The notes below the pieces were generated by a model. The model saw only the letters and a list, made by a program, of their open reading frames with translations, did not search any database and was not told the origin of the DNA. From an uncultured virus (IMG/VR IMGVR_UViG_3300027278_000010) (Duplodnaviria; Heunggongvirae; Uroviricota; Caudoviricetes; Schitoviridae), in IMG/VR virus record IMGVR_UViG_3300027278_000010: a stretch of DNA of 64,000 nucleotides. One strand, 5' to 3'. How positions within the stretch are numbered: the first letter of the stretch is position 1; each line of letters begins with the position of its first letter. Made by a program: the position numbers and the translations under genes. Below, one piece after another: positions 49,001 to 57,952 of this stretch.

Positions 49001-49208
49001 AAGCAGCATCAAAAAGAAAGTGGCAGAAGTCTGCTTTAGCACTGTCACCTGTGGCAATGGCAGCACGAGCCATACCACGAAGCATCAACGAGACACCTTC
49101 AGAAGACGCAGTGCCCAAAGGGGTGTAACCCCCAAGAGCACCTTGGTCCGGCATCATGTTGTTCAGTACCAAGCCTTGCTCTGTAATTAGAGGAGGCAAA
49201 GTAGCCAT
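46065..49208 (-). CDS. Tail protein: GH8-like N-terminal region plus SGNH esterase
   Basis: SSEGVSLML and STAADAIHWFL resemble GH8 motifs; GDS, NFAIAG, GTND, DGLHP SGNH blocks. Confidence 0.8.
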   Translation of the reverse strand: MATLPPLITEQGLVLNNMMPDQGALGGYTPLGTASSEGVSLMLRGMARAAIATGDSAKADFCHFLFDAACQFFFRGERPTDETGQGWHHSWICNGGAAFNVRGPLQSSGDLALSGYIYGRDTQSSVTFTAGVGQLNPAPDIVYQVVSPESTFVWLNVFSDLETGVQYDVEYYIDAGGNKIFGTQKGGSFGQPAIPAGQHNDGAPGKIVLTTNANTVCGVNYCTTVVDVMVPYGDLYEAWPMWRKLADNEVSTAADAIHWFLDAFSLGMEMEPNNPDWRNAFDRMMEVWIQTCDQESNNTRIFQAGADGPYNNFPLTYGYAYGRDDIDDPATNWNAVPPTSRYVAERSQDGYVAFTMQNESAEVGSGLPIRYGVAFENNPVYIDYTANSQFAVDMKSTINQTVSMAISGEDEQVYETILLIGPDSVPQNVGVGQFYQFQQSPGDADGTQSGDWEDDGSTLPEYAAVPFPGRRLAMVGDSITHYNTAYIPPKGNTGMYENWGSGVCGYWTHADHILDGRLSFEPGITTDVQGQKHGLNFAIAGTRVVNWWEESDDTLGDGVLWQGPMYAALNNISRFDVVVMMGGTNDLSGNIPAPEVLFNIKRAATDLASRGKWVFLMAICPRTRDLLKGYSISEMDTIRARLEDVNEGLRSWVASGTHPNIWLVDATEDLLGPNGIDPFGMVSDDVNPLGTYTLGNYSPEFPGHVACHDGLHPGPIGAYVMGRKLAEVMVEAGVPARPSRTQLGSLTLGPNIIPNSSLSFTAYKATATIPVSFNLSSIGWATGLGNALLSGGNHAGYQHGVLPDCWNLWKSTNDENQVMGIGVGGNYSNFMNYTWGDLAGEYPKVLEYMGDATFAPGTVSVSIVTDEGVPAIKIDLNIPATGNKNESFVVVTSVPRDQHGPWDNWGWNSPDQGDPRANTVFSAGNTLLAEADIKMVNLVGQMLSCNLALSTFANIPAQTFGSVRQSFGNHLFFWPPSDMDKIRLPVGNRTIHMRAPAITVPPYQSGETIRYADFKFQFSFDCSTSGVVGSIILKNNSLRKVTSALPL

Positions 49209-49222
49209 TTGTTATGTTTCCT

Positions 49223-50545
49223 TTAGTTGGTGTGACCCACACAGAGCCAGTAGAAAGTATTGTTGGCCCCGTCCAAGACGTAACGCCAAACGGTGCCTAC
49301 CGTACCTGCGGACGATACAGGACCGCCCTTGACCGTAATAGTCCCGTAACCAACTAAACCAGGGTTCCATGTAATCGACGAGGCAGCACCGTCAATAAAC
49401 ACAACTAACTCAGCACCTGGGTTGAAGTAGTCAGGCATCTTTATGGTCAGTGCCCCACCACCAGTTGTACGCACATAGACGTTCTGCATTCCGGCACCGA
49501 TATTGTAGGTGCCTCCCGCTTGAGGAGAGGGAATAGCAGTATTCGGAAAGAGTGCAGTTGCTAGCGACGTCAGACCACTAAAAGTTTTGTTACCTCCAAC
49601 ACTTTGGTTGGTTGTGAGATCCACCCCACCGCCACCACCAGCAGCTGGCGTTTGCCAGTTTGTAGCAAAGTCCGTTCCGCTGGTTTTAGTCAGAACTTGT
49701 CCTGTAGTGCCACCGGCAGGAACACCTGTACCCGCAGCACCAGTTGCACCTTTTAAGGAAGCAACCACAGAACCCCAAGCACCAGCAGTTTTAGGCCCGT
49801 AATAGTCGCCATTGGTTCGCAAATAGAAGTCACCATTTACGCCTGTGCCACCATCAGGAACACCCGCACCAGTAAACCATTTGGCACCTGCTGCACCTGG
49901 ACTGCCGGGTGCTCCCTCAGTACCAGGAGTACCCTCCAAATCAGCCAAAGCAACGATATTGATCCAAGTAGGATCACCCACCAGCCGCCACTGCACATGC
50001 GTGGCACTGGCCTGTATTTCCACAGATTTACCGTCTTCACCGGCAGGAGCAACCAACTCAATCCATTTAGTTGGGTCGCTCAAAGGAGCAACTGTTGAGG
50101 CGTAGGGCACTGTGCTGTTCAGCACCCACATGGAAACAACACCAAGGCTGCCCATAGAAAAAACATAATCACCAGGATCGTAAGTTGCAGCCGCCCAGTT
50201 GCCTTTGTTAGTCAGTCCAGTACCGGATTCCCCTTGCTCACCCTGCTCACCTTGGATGCCTTGCTCACCTTTCAGCGAAGCAAGGGAAACCAGATCAATC
50301 CAACTTGCGTCACCAACATAACGCCATTGAATGTGAGTGACGCCAGCTTGAAGCTCAACTTCACGCCCATCCTCCCCATCAGCACCCGGCGTACCGCCAG
50401 AGCTGTTTGCTTGAATCAAAGCAACAAGTGCAGTTTTATTAGCCCGCACAGTTTGAAATGCTCCACCAACTCCAGGGATGATGCCAATCAACTCCAAGGC
50501 ATCATCGTAAGTGGAAGCAACCGGGTATGTATTTAGTTTTGGCAT
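49223..50545 (-). CDS. Collagen-like tail fibre
   Basis: Gly-X-Y runs; two DG..VE.QA..TH.QWR.VGD..WI repeats; VPAGGTTGQVL motif. Confidence 0.82.
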   Translation of the reverse strand: MPKLNTYPVASTYDDALELIGIIPGVGGAFQTVRANKTALVALIQANSSGGTPGADGEDGREVELQAGVTHIQWRYVGDASWIDLVSLASLKGEQGIQGEQGEQGESGTGLTNKGNWAAATYDPGDYVFSMGSLGVVSMWVLNSTVPYASTVAPLSDPTKWIELVAPAGEDGKSVEIQASATHVQWRLVGDPTWINIVALADLEGTPGTEGAPGSPGAAGAKWFTGAGVPDGGTGVNGDFYLRTNGDYYGPKTAGAWGSVVASLKGATGAAGTGVPAGGTTGQVLTKTSGTDFATNWQTPAAGGGGGVDLTTNQSVGGNKTFSGLTSLATALFPNTAIPSPQAGGTYNIGAGMQNVYVRTTGGGALTIKMPDYFNPGAELVVFIDGAASSITWNPGLVGYGTITVKGGPVSSAGTVGTVWRYVLDGANNTFYWLCVGHTN

Positions 50546-50547
50546 GA

Positions 50548-53500
50548 TCAGCTCTCAAGTTCGTTTGAAGAAGAATCCAGTAAAGGATTCTCTGAACTGT
50601 CCAATAAGACGTTCGGGCCTGGACCCGGATTAGGTACAGGAGTTGGGTCGATGTTGTTGAATGGGAATGACCCAGTGATAACGGTCAACTGGGAGAAGTC
50701 GAGCGTGATTTCCACGTCGTTTGCTTCAATGTCATCAGACATTGTAAACAGTTGCAGTGCCAAGCGGTTAGCGCCACTCGGTGCAGTGATCTCAATGAAT
50801 AGAGTACCTTCCTCAACGCTATCACCTTGTGGCCCCATCACAACATTCAAGCCATCTGTGTAGTTGTTCCACGAAGTATCCGTGAACATGGCCATCATTC
50901 CTAACTGCCAAGCAGCATTCTCAACACCAACACCACCAAGCATGCCACCTGTATTCCAACGAACCTTGCACGCCAGTGAGTGTTTCTGCCCGGGGGTTAC
51001 AGCAAATACAGCAATGCGGCTGACCACAGACGTGTTACCTGTAACACCGATTGGTCGAATAATTCGTTGCCAATTGCCTGCTTCCGCAGGTAGCAATTGT
51101 CCAGTAAAACCAGTACCCAAGGTAAAGTTGTTGGATACACCACCAGAACCAGCAAACAAGGGGTTCGGCACCAAGTTACTACCACCAACTGCTGTTGGTA
51201 GTGGCAGTGTTCCATCTGTTGGAATGTCACCAAATGCCCCGCTATCAACGGCGTAACGTCCAAGTACAGTGTAACCGTAGTTACTAAAGTGCAGCCCATC
51301 CGGGTTCATGTAAGCCGGCTCTGCACGGTAAGAGCCAGATACCCGTAGTGCTTCAAACGCATCCACGAGGGGGATACCAGTGTCCCGGTGATACTGGCGA
51401 ATCATGTCGTTCCAAGAGGCAACGTTTGCGTCCTGCCCGCTCGTATCATTGCGTGGTGGAATAGTCCACAGAATTGGGTAAATTTTATTGGCTACAAGGA
51501 TGTCGCAGATCTCTTTGATCTGATTAACCCCACCAGTTCCTGAGTAGATGCTGTTAGTGCCAGAGGCAACCACACACGCTTTTGGGCGAGGACTCATTGC
51601 CAAAATTTGTGGCAGCTGTAGCTCCAATGCTTCTTGCACGGTACTGCCAGAAACAGCCTTGGTTCCCCGATAACGAAGACCGTGGTTACCGTAAAAGCAA
51701 GCCTTCACCAACCAACCGTTATTTAGGTAAACACCACCCTCAGTCAACGAATCACCTACAGCAGTTATGCCGTAAGCAGTGGGAGGCAAGTCAATAACAA
51801 TAGGGTCCACTTCTGGCTCTACAGGCACATCATCAGATGCAACTCCAGTAAGGGTAGCCGTCACCAACCCACCAACACCGAAGGCAACATTAAGTGTTGC
51901 TGGGAAACTGCCCTCAGCCGTTGGAGAGAAGACAACCGTCAACGTCATCACCCCATTGGCAGGCACGTTACCAATGTCAGGCGACACAGTATAACCAGCA
52001 CCAACAACCGAGGAGGTCACCGTTATTGCTTCATCGGTGCTGTTCTGTACTTCGATTGTCCGGTAATTCTCAGTGCCAGAAGCCACGGTTCCAAAAGGCA
52101 CTGTGTTTAGCGAAAGAGAAATCTCAGCTACAGGAATCGGAGTAATGAAAGGTTCCAGATATTCCAGCTTGAATGCCTGAGCCTCATGCCATTGACCAGC
52201 AGGCTGTTGGCCGACCAAGCCATCGGGGTCACCACCAGGGTTCCAGGCCCAGTAAGCAAAACTGATGTCATGCTCATCACAATAATCAGCCAGAGTGTCC
52301 ATCCACTCTTCGTCAAGTGCCAAGTTTTCAGCATCGTAGCCTGCACCCTGCCCTGTAATAGGGTCACCACCAACACGGAAATAGGAACCAAATTCACCAA
52401 TCCAAACAGGTGCGATACCCTCTTCAGCAAGGTAGCCCCACTGACGACGCCACACTTCTGCCATGTTTTGCGGGTAAGGCAGGCCAGCATACCCAGCACC
52501 GACACGGCCTTCAGGGTCAAACCACGGTTGCATCACCACACCGTCAAGGTAAGTGCCGTATTCGTGTGGAGAGTAGACAACCTTATTTGGGATGTTGAGT
52601 GTGACTAGAGCTGATCCAGCAGAATCCAGCTTACCGCTCCACCAAGTGCCCCAGTTGTATAGCCCCATCTGGCTTTCAGTATCACCTTCGTGACCTACCG
52701 GAGTGTGGTCCACGTTGCCAGTGACACCCTCGCAGATGATCAACACATCAGGGTTTACAGCGTGTACCGCTTTACCTGCACGCTCGAAATAACCAAGTAC
52801 ACCTGTCAAAGGATCACGATCCCACGTGCAGACGTGTGGTTCATTGATCATGTCAAAGCCACAGACCACAGGGCGATTCTTGTAGCGGTTTGCCAAGAAT
52901 ACGTGTGCAGCAATGGCCTGAGCCTCAGAACGAGGTTCCCGCTTCTGCCCAGCAGTTGCACCAACATCATCGGGATGGTTAGTGGTATACCACTTGCCGT
53001 TAGTGGCCAAGACGTTGCTGTCATCTGGGGCCAAGGTGTGCATGTCCAACACAATACGCAGACCAAGTGCCTCACACCAACCAACGAAAATGTCCATGAT
53101 TTCCATGGTCGTCTTGACGTTTTGTGGGTCTTCACCCGCCGTAGCATTCAAAAACTCAGGGTTCATCTGAGGATTGATATACGTGCTGTTCCAGTAACCA
53201 CTGCGGGTTTCTGGTTTGTAGCCGGGCCAAGTGCAGTCTTGGGAAAACAGAAGACGAATAGAGTTAAAGCCCAGTCGCTTTATCTCATCCAACATCCCCT
53301 CACGAAGAACTCCATTAACGACCTTGGTACGGAAAGGGCGAGTCCATGCCCCACCGGGAACGCCGGTTTGCTCAAACCCATACCAATTGATGGAACGTAG
53401 GCGAACAACCTCACCTGCTCCCTTCTGGTCTTTGAGCTTACCACCTACCGCAGTTAGGTAAGTAAGATCGCCTAACTCAGGTTCTGGATCAGGTGGCGGC

Positions 53501-53658
53501 ACTTCCTCACCAACACCGTAGCCAAGCAAAGGCACGTTGTGAGGACTGCTTGGTGCATTTGAGGTAAAGGACAACTGCCCATTACGCACACCAGCAGCAG
53601 TTGGTTTGAATAGGATCTTGAGTTGGTGTGAACCAAAAGGAGGAATAGTAATACTCAT
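50548..53658 (-). CDS. Tail enzyme: GH5 endoglucanase, Ig-like (ASH) domains and SGNH esterase
   Basis: INWYGFE, LDMH, NEPH (acid/base), YSPHEYG, WIGEFG (nucleophile), YWAWNP; GDS/GTN/DGLH. Confidence 0.9.
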   Translation of the reverse strand: MSITIPPFGSHQLKILFKPTAAGVRNGQLSFTSNAPSSPHNVPLLGYGVGEEVPPPDPEPELGDLTYLTAVGGKLKDQKGAGEVVRLRSINWYGFEQTGVPGGAWTRPFRTKVVNGVLREGMLDEIKRLGFNSIRLLFSQDCTWPGYKPETRSGYWNSTYINPQMNPEFLNATAGEDPQNVKTTMEIMDIFVGWCEALGLRIVLDMHTLAPDDSNVLATNGKWYTTNHPDDVGATAGQKREPRSEAQAIAAHVFLANRYKNRPVVCGFDMINEPHVCTWDRDPLTGVLGYFERAGKAVHAVNPDVLIICEGVTGNVDHTPVGHEGDTESQMGLYNWGTWWSGKLDSAGSALVTLNIPNKVVYSPHEYGTYLDGVVMQPWFDPEGRVGAGYAGLPYPQNMAEVWRRQWGYLAEEGIAPVWIGEFGSYFRVGGDPITGQGAGYDAENLALDEEWMDTLADYCDEHDISFAYWAWNPGGDPDGLVGQQPAGQWHEAQAFKLEYLEPFITPIPVAEISLSLNTVPFGTVASGTENYRTIEVQNSTDEAITVTSSVVGAGYTVSPDIGNVPANGVMTLTVVFSPTAEGSFPATLNVAFGVGGLVTATLTGVASDDVPVEPEVDPIVIDLPPTAYGITAVGDSLTEGGVYLNNGWLVKACFYGNHGLRYRGTKAVSGSTVQEALELQLPQILAMSPRPKACVVASGTNSIYSGTGGVNQIKEICDILVANKIYPILWTIPPRNDTSGQDANVASWNDMIRQYHRDTGIPLVDAFEALRVSGSYRAEPAYMNPDGLHFSNYGYTVLGRYAVDSGAFGDIPTDGTLPLPTAVGGSNLVPNPLFAGSGGVSNNFTLGTGFTGQLLPAEAGNWQRIIRPIGVTGNTSVVSRIAVFAVTPGQKHSLACKVRWNTGGMLGGVGVENAAWQLGMMAMFTDTSWNNYTDGLNVVMGPQGDSVEEGTLFIEITAPSGANRLALQLFTMSDDIEANDVEITLDFSQLTVITGSFPFNNIDPTPVPNPGPGPNVLLDSSENPLLDSSSNELES

Positions 53659-54308
53659 GGCACGATCTCAAAGTCACCAGTGATGGCGATGTTGTCGATA
53701 ATCAGGTCTTCGTTGCCTGCGTTTGTGATCGTGTACAGGAGCAGTTGCGACTCACCATCCACGTCTACACCATCCTCAAACTCAATTGAAGTGTTGGGCA
53801 AACTTACCGAAGGACCGTCGCTGATAATGGCCGGCTGAACAGATCGTTGTAAGAACCCCCACAGGTTTTCCAACATGGCAGTCACTGAGCCAACGTGATC
53901 CCATATACCTGTGCCCAGTAGACGGAACGTGTATCGCCCGCCTTGACCACAGTTGACGACCAGGTTGCCAACAAGCAAACCGAAAGTGCTTGGCACGAAC
54001 TTGACCAAGAGCGTAACGGTACGGCCTGGGTAGATGATTTCCGGAGCTGCGTTCACCAACTCGTAGTCAGCAGAGGGGACCAGGACACTCTGAACATGTA
54101 AAGGCTGAAAGCCTGTGTTTTCCAACACAAGTTCCATTGTCTTAGACAAACCCAGAACCAAACCACCGAAGGCCAGTGTGTTGCCCTTCAGTGAAGTCAG
54201 TTCGTAAGGGGGCTTGCCCTCAACCCAGAGTGGGATCTCTCGACTGGAGTGGTTGGTGAGTGGATTATCCCGAAGGTAATCCACTAGAGGCACAAATGGT
54301 TTCGTCAT
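53655..54308 (-). CDS. Ig-like (ASH-type) adaptor protein
   Basis: LAFG...LENTG..PL.V...F.P...G....L.G.G domain plus a half domain at the C-terminus. Confidence 0.8.
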   Translation of the reverse strand: MTKPFVPLVDYLRDNPLTNHSSREIPLWVEGKPPYELTSLKGNTLAFGGLVLGLSKTMELVLENTGFQPLHVQSVLVPSADYELVNAAPEIIYPGRTVTLLVKFVPSTFGLLVGNLVVNCGQGGRYTFRLLGTGIWDHVGSVTAMLENLWGFLQRSVQPAIISDGPSVSLPNTSIEFEDGVDVDGESQLLLYTITNAGNEDLIIDNIAITGDFEIVP

Positions 54309-54311
54309 GAC

Positions 54312-54737
54312 TTACATCCCGTAAGTGAGGAACCAACGAACAGACACACCTTGCAGTTCAGCCGGTGCCTGCATAGTCAGTGTTAGCTTCAGCTCACGTC
54401 CTTTGATGTGGGCCATGAAGTAACCAGAGTCAGCCGGGTAAAGGCCACCTTCGCCGTCATCCAGCATTACCATGCTGGAAGTAATCAGATCAGGGTTGAC
54501 CTGGGTAGGCATGGCAATCGAGGTGGTTTGCCCCGGAGCACCAGCCACACCAAATACTGTGGTGTTTGACTTGATGTCGGTGGCCACCTTGAACAGGGTA
54601 TCCATGTGCGTAGCCAGGTAGGCCAGCATCTGAAGGTTACGTGAGACAAGCAGAACTGTGTCGTAGGCAGTCCCGATCATCTTGTCTACCAAAGGGACAT
54701 TACCGCCCAATGGATCAGCACTTGGTCGAAAGCTCAT
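54312..54737 (-). CDS. Tail-appendage anchor (like the N-terminus of N4 gp66-type fibres)
   Basis: LVDKMIGTAYDTV..V..NL motif; TAATG overlap with upstream gene. Confidence 0.7.
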   Translation of the reverse strand: MSFRPSADPLGGNVPLVDKMIGTAYDTVLLVSRNLQMLAYLATHMDTLFKVATDIKSNTTVFGVAGAPGQTTSIAMPTQVNPDLITSSMVMLDDGEGGLYPADSGYFMAHIKGRELKLTLTMQAPAELQGVSVRWFLTYGM

Positions 54738-55438
54738 TAAATCCATCCTCGTTTTTCAAATCGTTGGTTTGTGGTTGATACAGTGGAACTCACCAGATCG
54801 TGTTCAACTACCTCACCACAGACACTTTCGTAAAACGCCAAGTGCTCTTGTGCTTTGTTGGTGGCTTCTGCTGTGTTGATGTGACTGTACACTTTATAGG
54901 CAATGTACGCAGTCAGTGCGCTTTCCAGAGTGTCTGGAATGAAAATGGGTTGGTCCATTTTCTCATGATCCAGCACATCATGCTTGGTCTGATACGCCAC
55001 GTTCAGTGCACTTCCAGCAATAGGCCGGGGAACCTGTAGCACTTTAGCTTGTGGCGTAAAGACCGAGTTCGGCTCGGCATCATTGTTCAACGGCAACCGA
55101 CAACCATACGTGTCATACACGGAAAGAATCCGAATTACCTCATCGGTAAACGGTTCCAACGGCATATCCAGTATGTAGGTCACCTTCTCTTCAACAGGCG
55201 TGTGGTGTTTAGCAAACCGAGGCAGAAGATGGTAGTTGGTGATGTGCTCGTGCATCTCGATCAGAACGTCTTTCTCACGCAGAGGAAAGCGGGAGTGCAA
55301 GCGAGTCAGCGCATCGTTTGCATAAAGAATGATCTTGGGTCGAGCACTTTCAATGATCGTCCCATTGCCTTCACCTGACATAGACAGGTTGGACAACTCA
55401 CCGTAGGACAGCTTTTTGTACAGTTCTTCAATGTTCAT
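54737..55438 (-). CDS. Head-tail adaptor (N4 gp67-like)
   Basis: LSYGELSNL, ALTRLHSRF, FEKRGWI; follows terminase. Confidence 0.85.
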   Translation of the reverse strand: MNIEELYKKLSYGELSNLSMSGEGNGTIIESARPKIILYANDALTRLHSRFPLREKDVLIEMHEHITNYHLLPRFAKHHTPVEEKVTYILDMPLEPFTDEVIRILSVYDTYGCRLPLNNDAEPNSVFTPQAKVLQVPRPIAGSALNVAYQTKHDVLDHEKMDQPIFIPDTLESALTAYIAYKVYSHINTAEATNKAQEHLAFYESVCGEVVEHDLVSSTVSTTNQRFEKRGWI

Positions 55439-55444
55439 ATCGCC

Positions 55445-57034
55445 TCACACGATGTAAGAATCCAAAGCACTATGGTCTTTTTCCCGACCCTCATACTCAT
55501 AGATTTCAACCTCATCAGGCAGCACGGGTGCGGACTCTGAAGGTTTCCATGGTTTCAAGTAAGCCAGTTGGGAGATGGTATCCAAGCAGTCATCCTTACC
55601 CTTGATACCACTCTTGGTGGTGAGGCGGATTTGCTCTAAGAATTTACCGACAATGATGCTTTGTTTCATCTCTTCGGGAAAGTAAATCTTCCGTGCTTTG
55701 AACCAAGGAACAACCAGGTTGAACCGTGACAGCTTGTCCACGACTGGGCGAATACCAGGGGAACCGCTCTTCTCAGAAGAAGCAAAGTTGAACCAGATAT
55801 TCCGAACGATCATCTCGGACTGGAGCCAGTTAATAAAAGCACCCTGCTGACCAGAGACTTCAACACCAACAAGCTGTGGTTTGTATTCCTGAATCCCCTT
55901 GAACAGATCATTGATGGTCTTGTCCATCGTCTGCTTTTCACAAATACCATCCACCCAGAACCAGTCCCCGTTATGGTTGTAGGCCCAGTGGGATATCACA
56001 CTGTCGTCCGCTGTTTGCTTAGCCGATGTGGCAAAGTCGGTTGTTGTGTAGAAGTTAAAGCTATGGCGATTCTCCAGAAGACGAGCACGGGAGTACCAAC
56101 CAATCTCCTCTTCTTGCACCAAGCGTTCTTCTTCAGACGTGATACGAAGCATGAGTTCCTGATAAAAGGAAGACAGCTTGCCCGTCTGAACAGCCATCGT
56201 GTATTGCTCTTGGATGTAGTCAAAGCTGAAGCGGTCCTCCCATGCCCCACAGAAATCCTCTCGTGTGCAGGGGAAGCGTTCACATACCGGCCATACGTTC
56301 ACATCCCACGCACCAGACTCAACCGCTTCAATCAGAATGTCGTCAGTGTTGAATGGCGTACCGTTGAAGATCACCTTGCGCCGAGTTGGATCAAGGGCGT
56401 GGTTCACCCCCTTATAAACAGTGTCTTTGATCGCTTCCATCGAAACCTTCGACTTGGAGTCGTCATCGCTTACCAAGTCATCGAGCACACATAGCACCGG
56501 TCGCTTACCGAAAATCTTCGTACCACGAAGACCAGTCTTGGCACCAAACATCTTGACCCCAAGCATGTGTCCTTCGACGTTCACAAATTCCAGATATCCG
56601 TCTGTGAATGTCGCGTGTGGAATCCACTGCTGCAAAAAGGCGCTGTTGTCGTAGCGAAACTTGATGTTCTTCTTGGCAGACTTCACGCCGTTGTCCATCG
56701 AGTCGGACACGTAGATCATGCCAGTGACCTTACCCAATCCAGGTAGGTGACCGAACATCGCAATGAAGAGCACCAGATACTCCATAAACAAAGTCGTCTT
56801 CGCTGCACCACGGAAGCACAGGTTGGCGATGTACTTGTTTGGAGAGATCACCTTGTCCAACATCTTTAGGTGAACAGGTGGGGTTTTGTGGCTTTCGCCT
56901 TCTTCGCCATTGACCAGCTTGATGAAGTTCATGAAGGTCAAGGCAAATTCGGATGGCAGGTAGTCACTGGAGTTCAGCTCTGAATAGCTGACCTGATTCA
57001 GCCACTCGTCAAGCTTTTGCTTTTGCAGCGTCAT
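55445..57034 (-). CDS. terL: Terminase large subunit
   Basis: FRGAAKTT Walker A, VLDD Walker B, GTP, TTDFATS, KDDCLD. Confidence 0.95.
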   Translation of the reverse strand: MTLQKQKLDEWLNQVSYSELNSSDYLPSEFALTFMNFIKLVNGEEGESHKTPPVHLKMLDKVISPNKYIANLCFRGAAKTTLFMEYLVLFIAMFGHLPGLGKVTGMIYVSDSMDNGVKSAKKNIKFRYDNSAFLQQWIPHATFTDGYLEFVNVEGHMLGVKMFGAKTGLRGTKIFGKRPVLCVLDDLVSDDDSKSKVSMEAIKDTVYKGVNHALDPTRRKVIFNGTPFNTDDILIEAVESGAWDVNVWPVCERFPCTREDFCGAWEDRFSFDYIQEQYTMAVQTGKLSSFYQELMLRITSEEERLVQEEEIGWYSRARLLENRHSFNFYTTTDFATSAKQTADDSVISHWAYNHNGDWFWVDGICEKQTMDKTINDLFKGIQEYKPQLVGVEVSGQQGAFINWLQSEMIVRNIWFNFASSEKSGSPGIRPVVDKLSRFNLVVPWFKARKIYFPEEMKQSIIVGKFLEQIRLTTKSGIKGKDDCLDTISQLAYLKPWKPSESAPVLPDEVEIYEYEGREKDHSALDSYIV

Positions 57035-57234
57035 GGTCGTTCTCCAACATACCCATTTGACTGATCGACCTTATCCTTTGCCAGCTTGAGTGCAGCGACT
57101 CGTTCGTCCTGATGGGTGAATCCCATCAGAACAATAGCAGCTGGACGCTCTCCATTAAGAACAGCGCCCCGGAGTTTTGTTGGCCAAACATAATTCTGTT
57201 TCTTATTGGACTTCCAATATACCTCTATGATCAT
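57031..57234 (-). CDS. Hypothetical protein
   Basis: 4-nt overlaps with both neighbours. Confidence 0.7.
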   Translation of the reverse strand: MIIEVYWKSNKKQNYVWPTKLRGAVLNGERPAAIVLMGFTHQDERVAALKLAKDKVDQSNGYVGERP

Positions 57235-57902
57235 ACCACTTCGCCTTGGATGATTCGTTGACCAGCAATCTCGCGGGTGTTCACACCAAGCTCAATCAAT
57301 TCTTGCTGACGCTTGGCCATAGATGCCAATGCTTCACGCATCTCGTTCATACCACTCGACTCATTGATATCAATGCTGATCTTACCAGCTACTTCTTTCG
57401 GTTTAGCCAAGTGAGTGAGGATAGAGTTGGCCGCAGTGGTACGCACCATCTCGCTCTGTGCGTTTTGCATCAGGTCCACTTGAGTATTGATAGCCTTCTG
57501 ATAGTTCTCTTGGTTCAACAACCACACTGGAATCAGCGACTGTTCCAGGATTGCGTTGACCAGTTTACCTTTGTGGTACGCAGCAACGTATGAAGAGATG
57601 TCTTTGCTGGACGTACCCTTAGCCACCAGTGCTTGATGCCGGCTTGGAAAGGTTTTGAAGTAGGCGTCTTGGTTGCTGTACCCCATGTGCTTGAAGCTGA
57701 CATAGGCAACGGCATGCACATAGTCTTCGGACTTGTACTTGCCTTCCTTTAATACGTGGGCGTAGCTGATGAAATTTTGCTGCACCTGCTCGGCTATCAG
57801 CGGGTCTGCAACGATGTTGTTGACCAGATCAGCCAGTTGCTGAGTAGCAGCAGTCTTCAGGTTGGCAGGCAGCGCCTGAGCGATTTCCTGTTTAGTCAGC
57901 AT
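57231..57902 (-). CDS. N4 gp69-like protein (probable small terminase)
   Basis: GAGGA SD; ALPANLK, YFKTFP.R, AANSILTHL; upstream of terL. Confidence 0.8.
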   Translation of the reverse strand: MLTKQEIAQALPANLKTAATQQLADLVNNIVADPLIAEQVQQNFISYAHVLKEGKYKSEDYVHAVAYVSFKHMGYSNQDAYFKTFPSRHQALVAKGTSSKDISSYVAAYHKGKLVNAILEQSLIPVWLLNQENYQKAINTQVDLMQNAQSEMVRTTAANSILTHLAKPKEVAGKISIDINESSGMNEMREALASMAKRQQELIELGVNTREIAGQRIIQGEVV

Positions 57903-57952
57903 GATTCTTCCTCTAATTTATGTAGAGGGGAGTCTCCTCCCCTCTTCCTTTA

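Noticed and set aside
53640..53690. Programmed -1 frameshift fusing adaptor and cellulase
   Set aside because: No slippery sequence; a stop in the -1 frame leaves only a three-codon window
37800..57945. Similar GGGGG/CCCCC hairpins near 37802, 46036 and 57924 as a repeat family
   Set aside because: Short and low-complexity; adequately explained as terminators or stabilising hairpins
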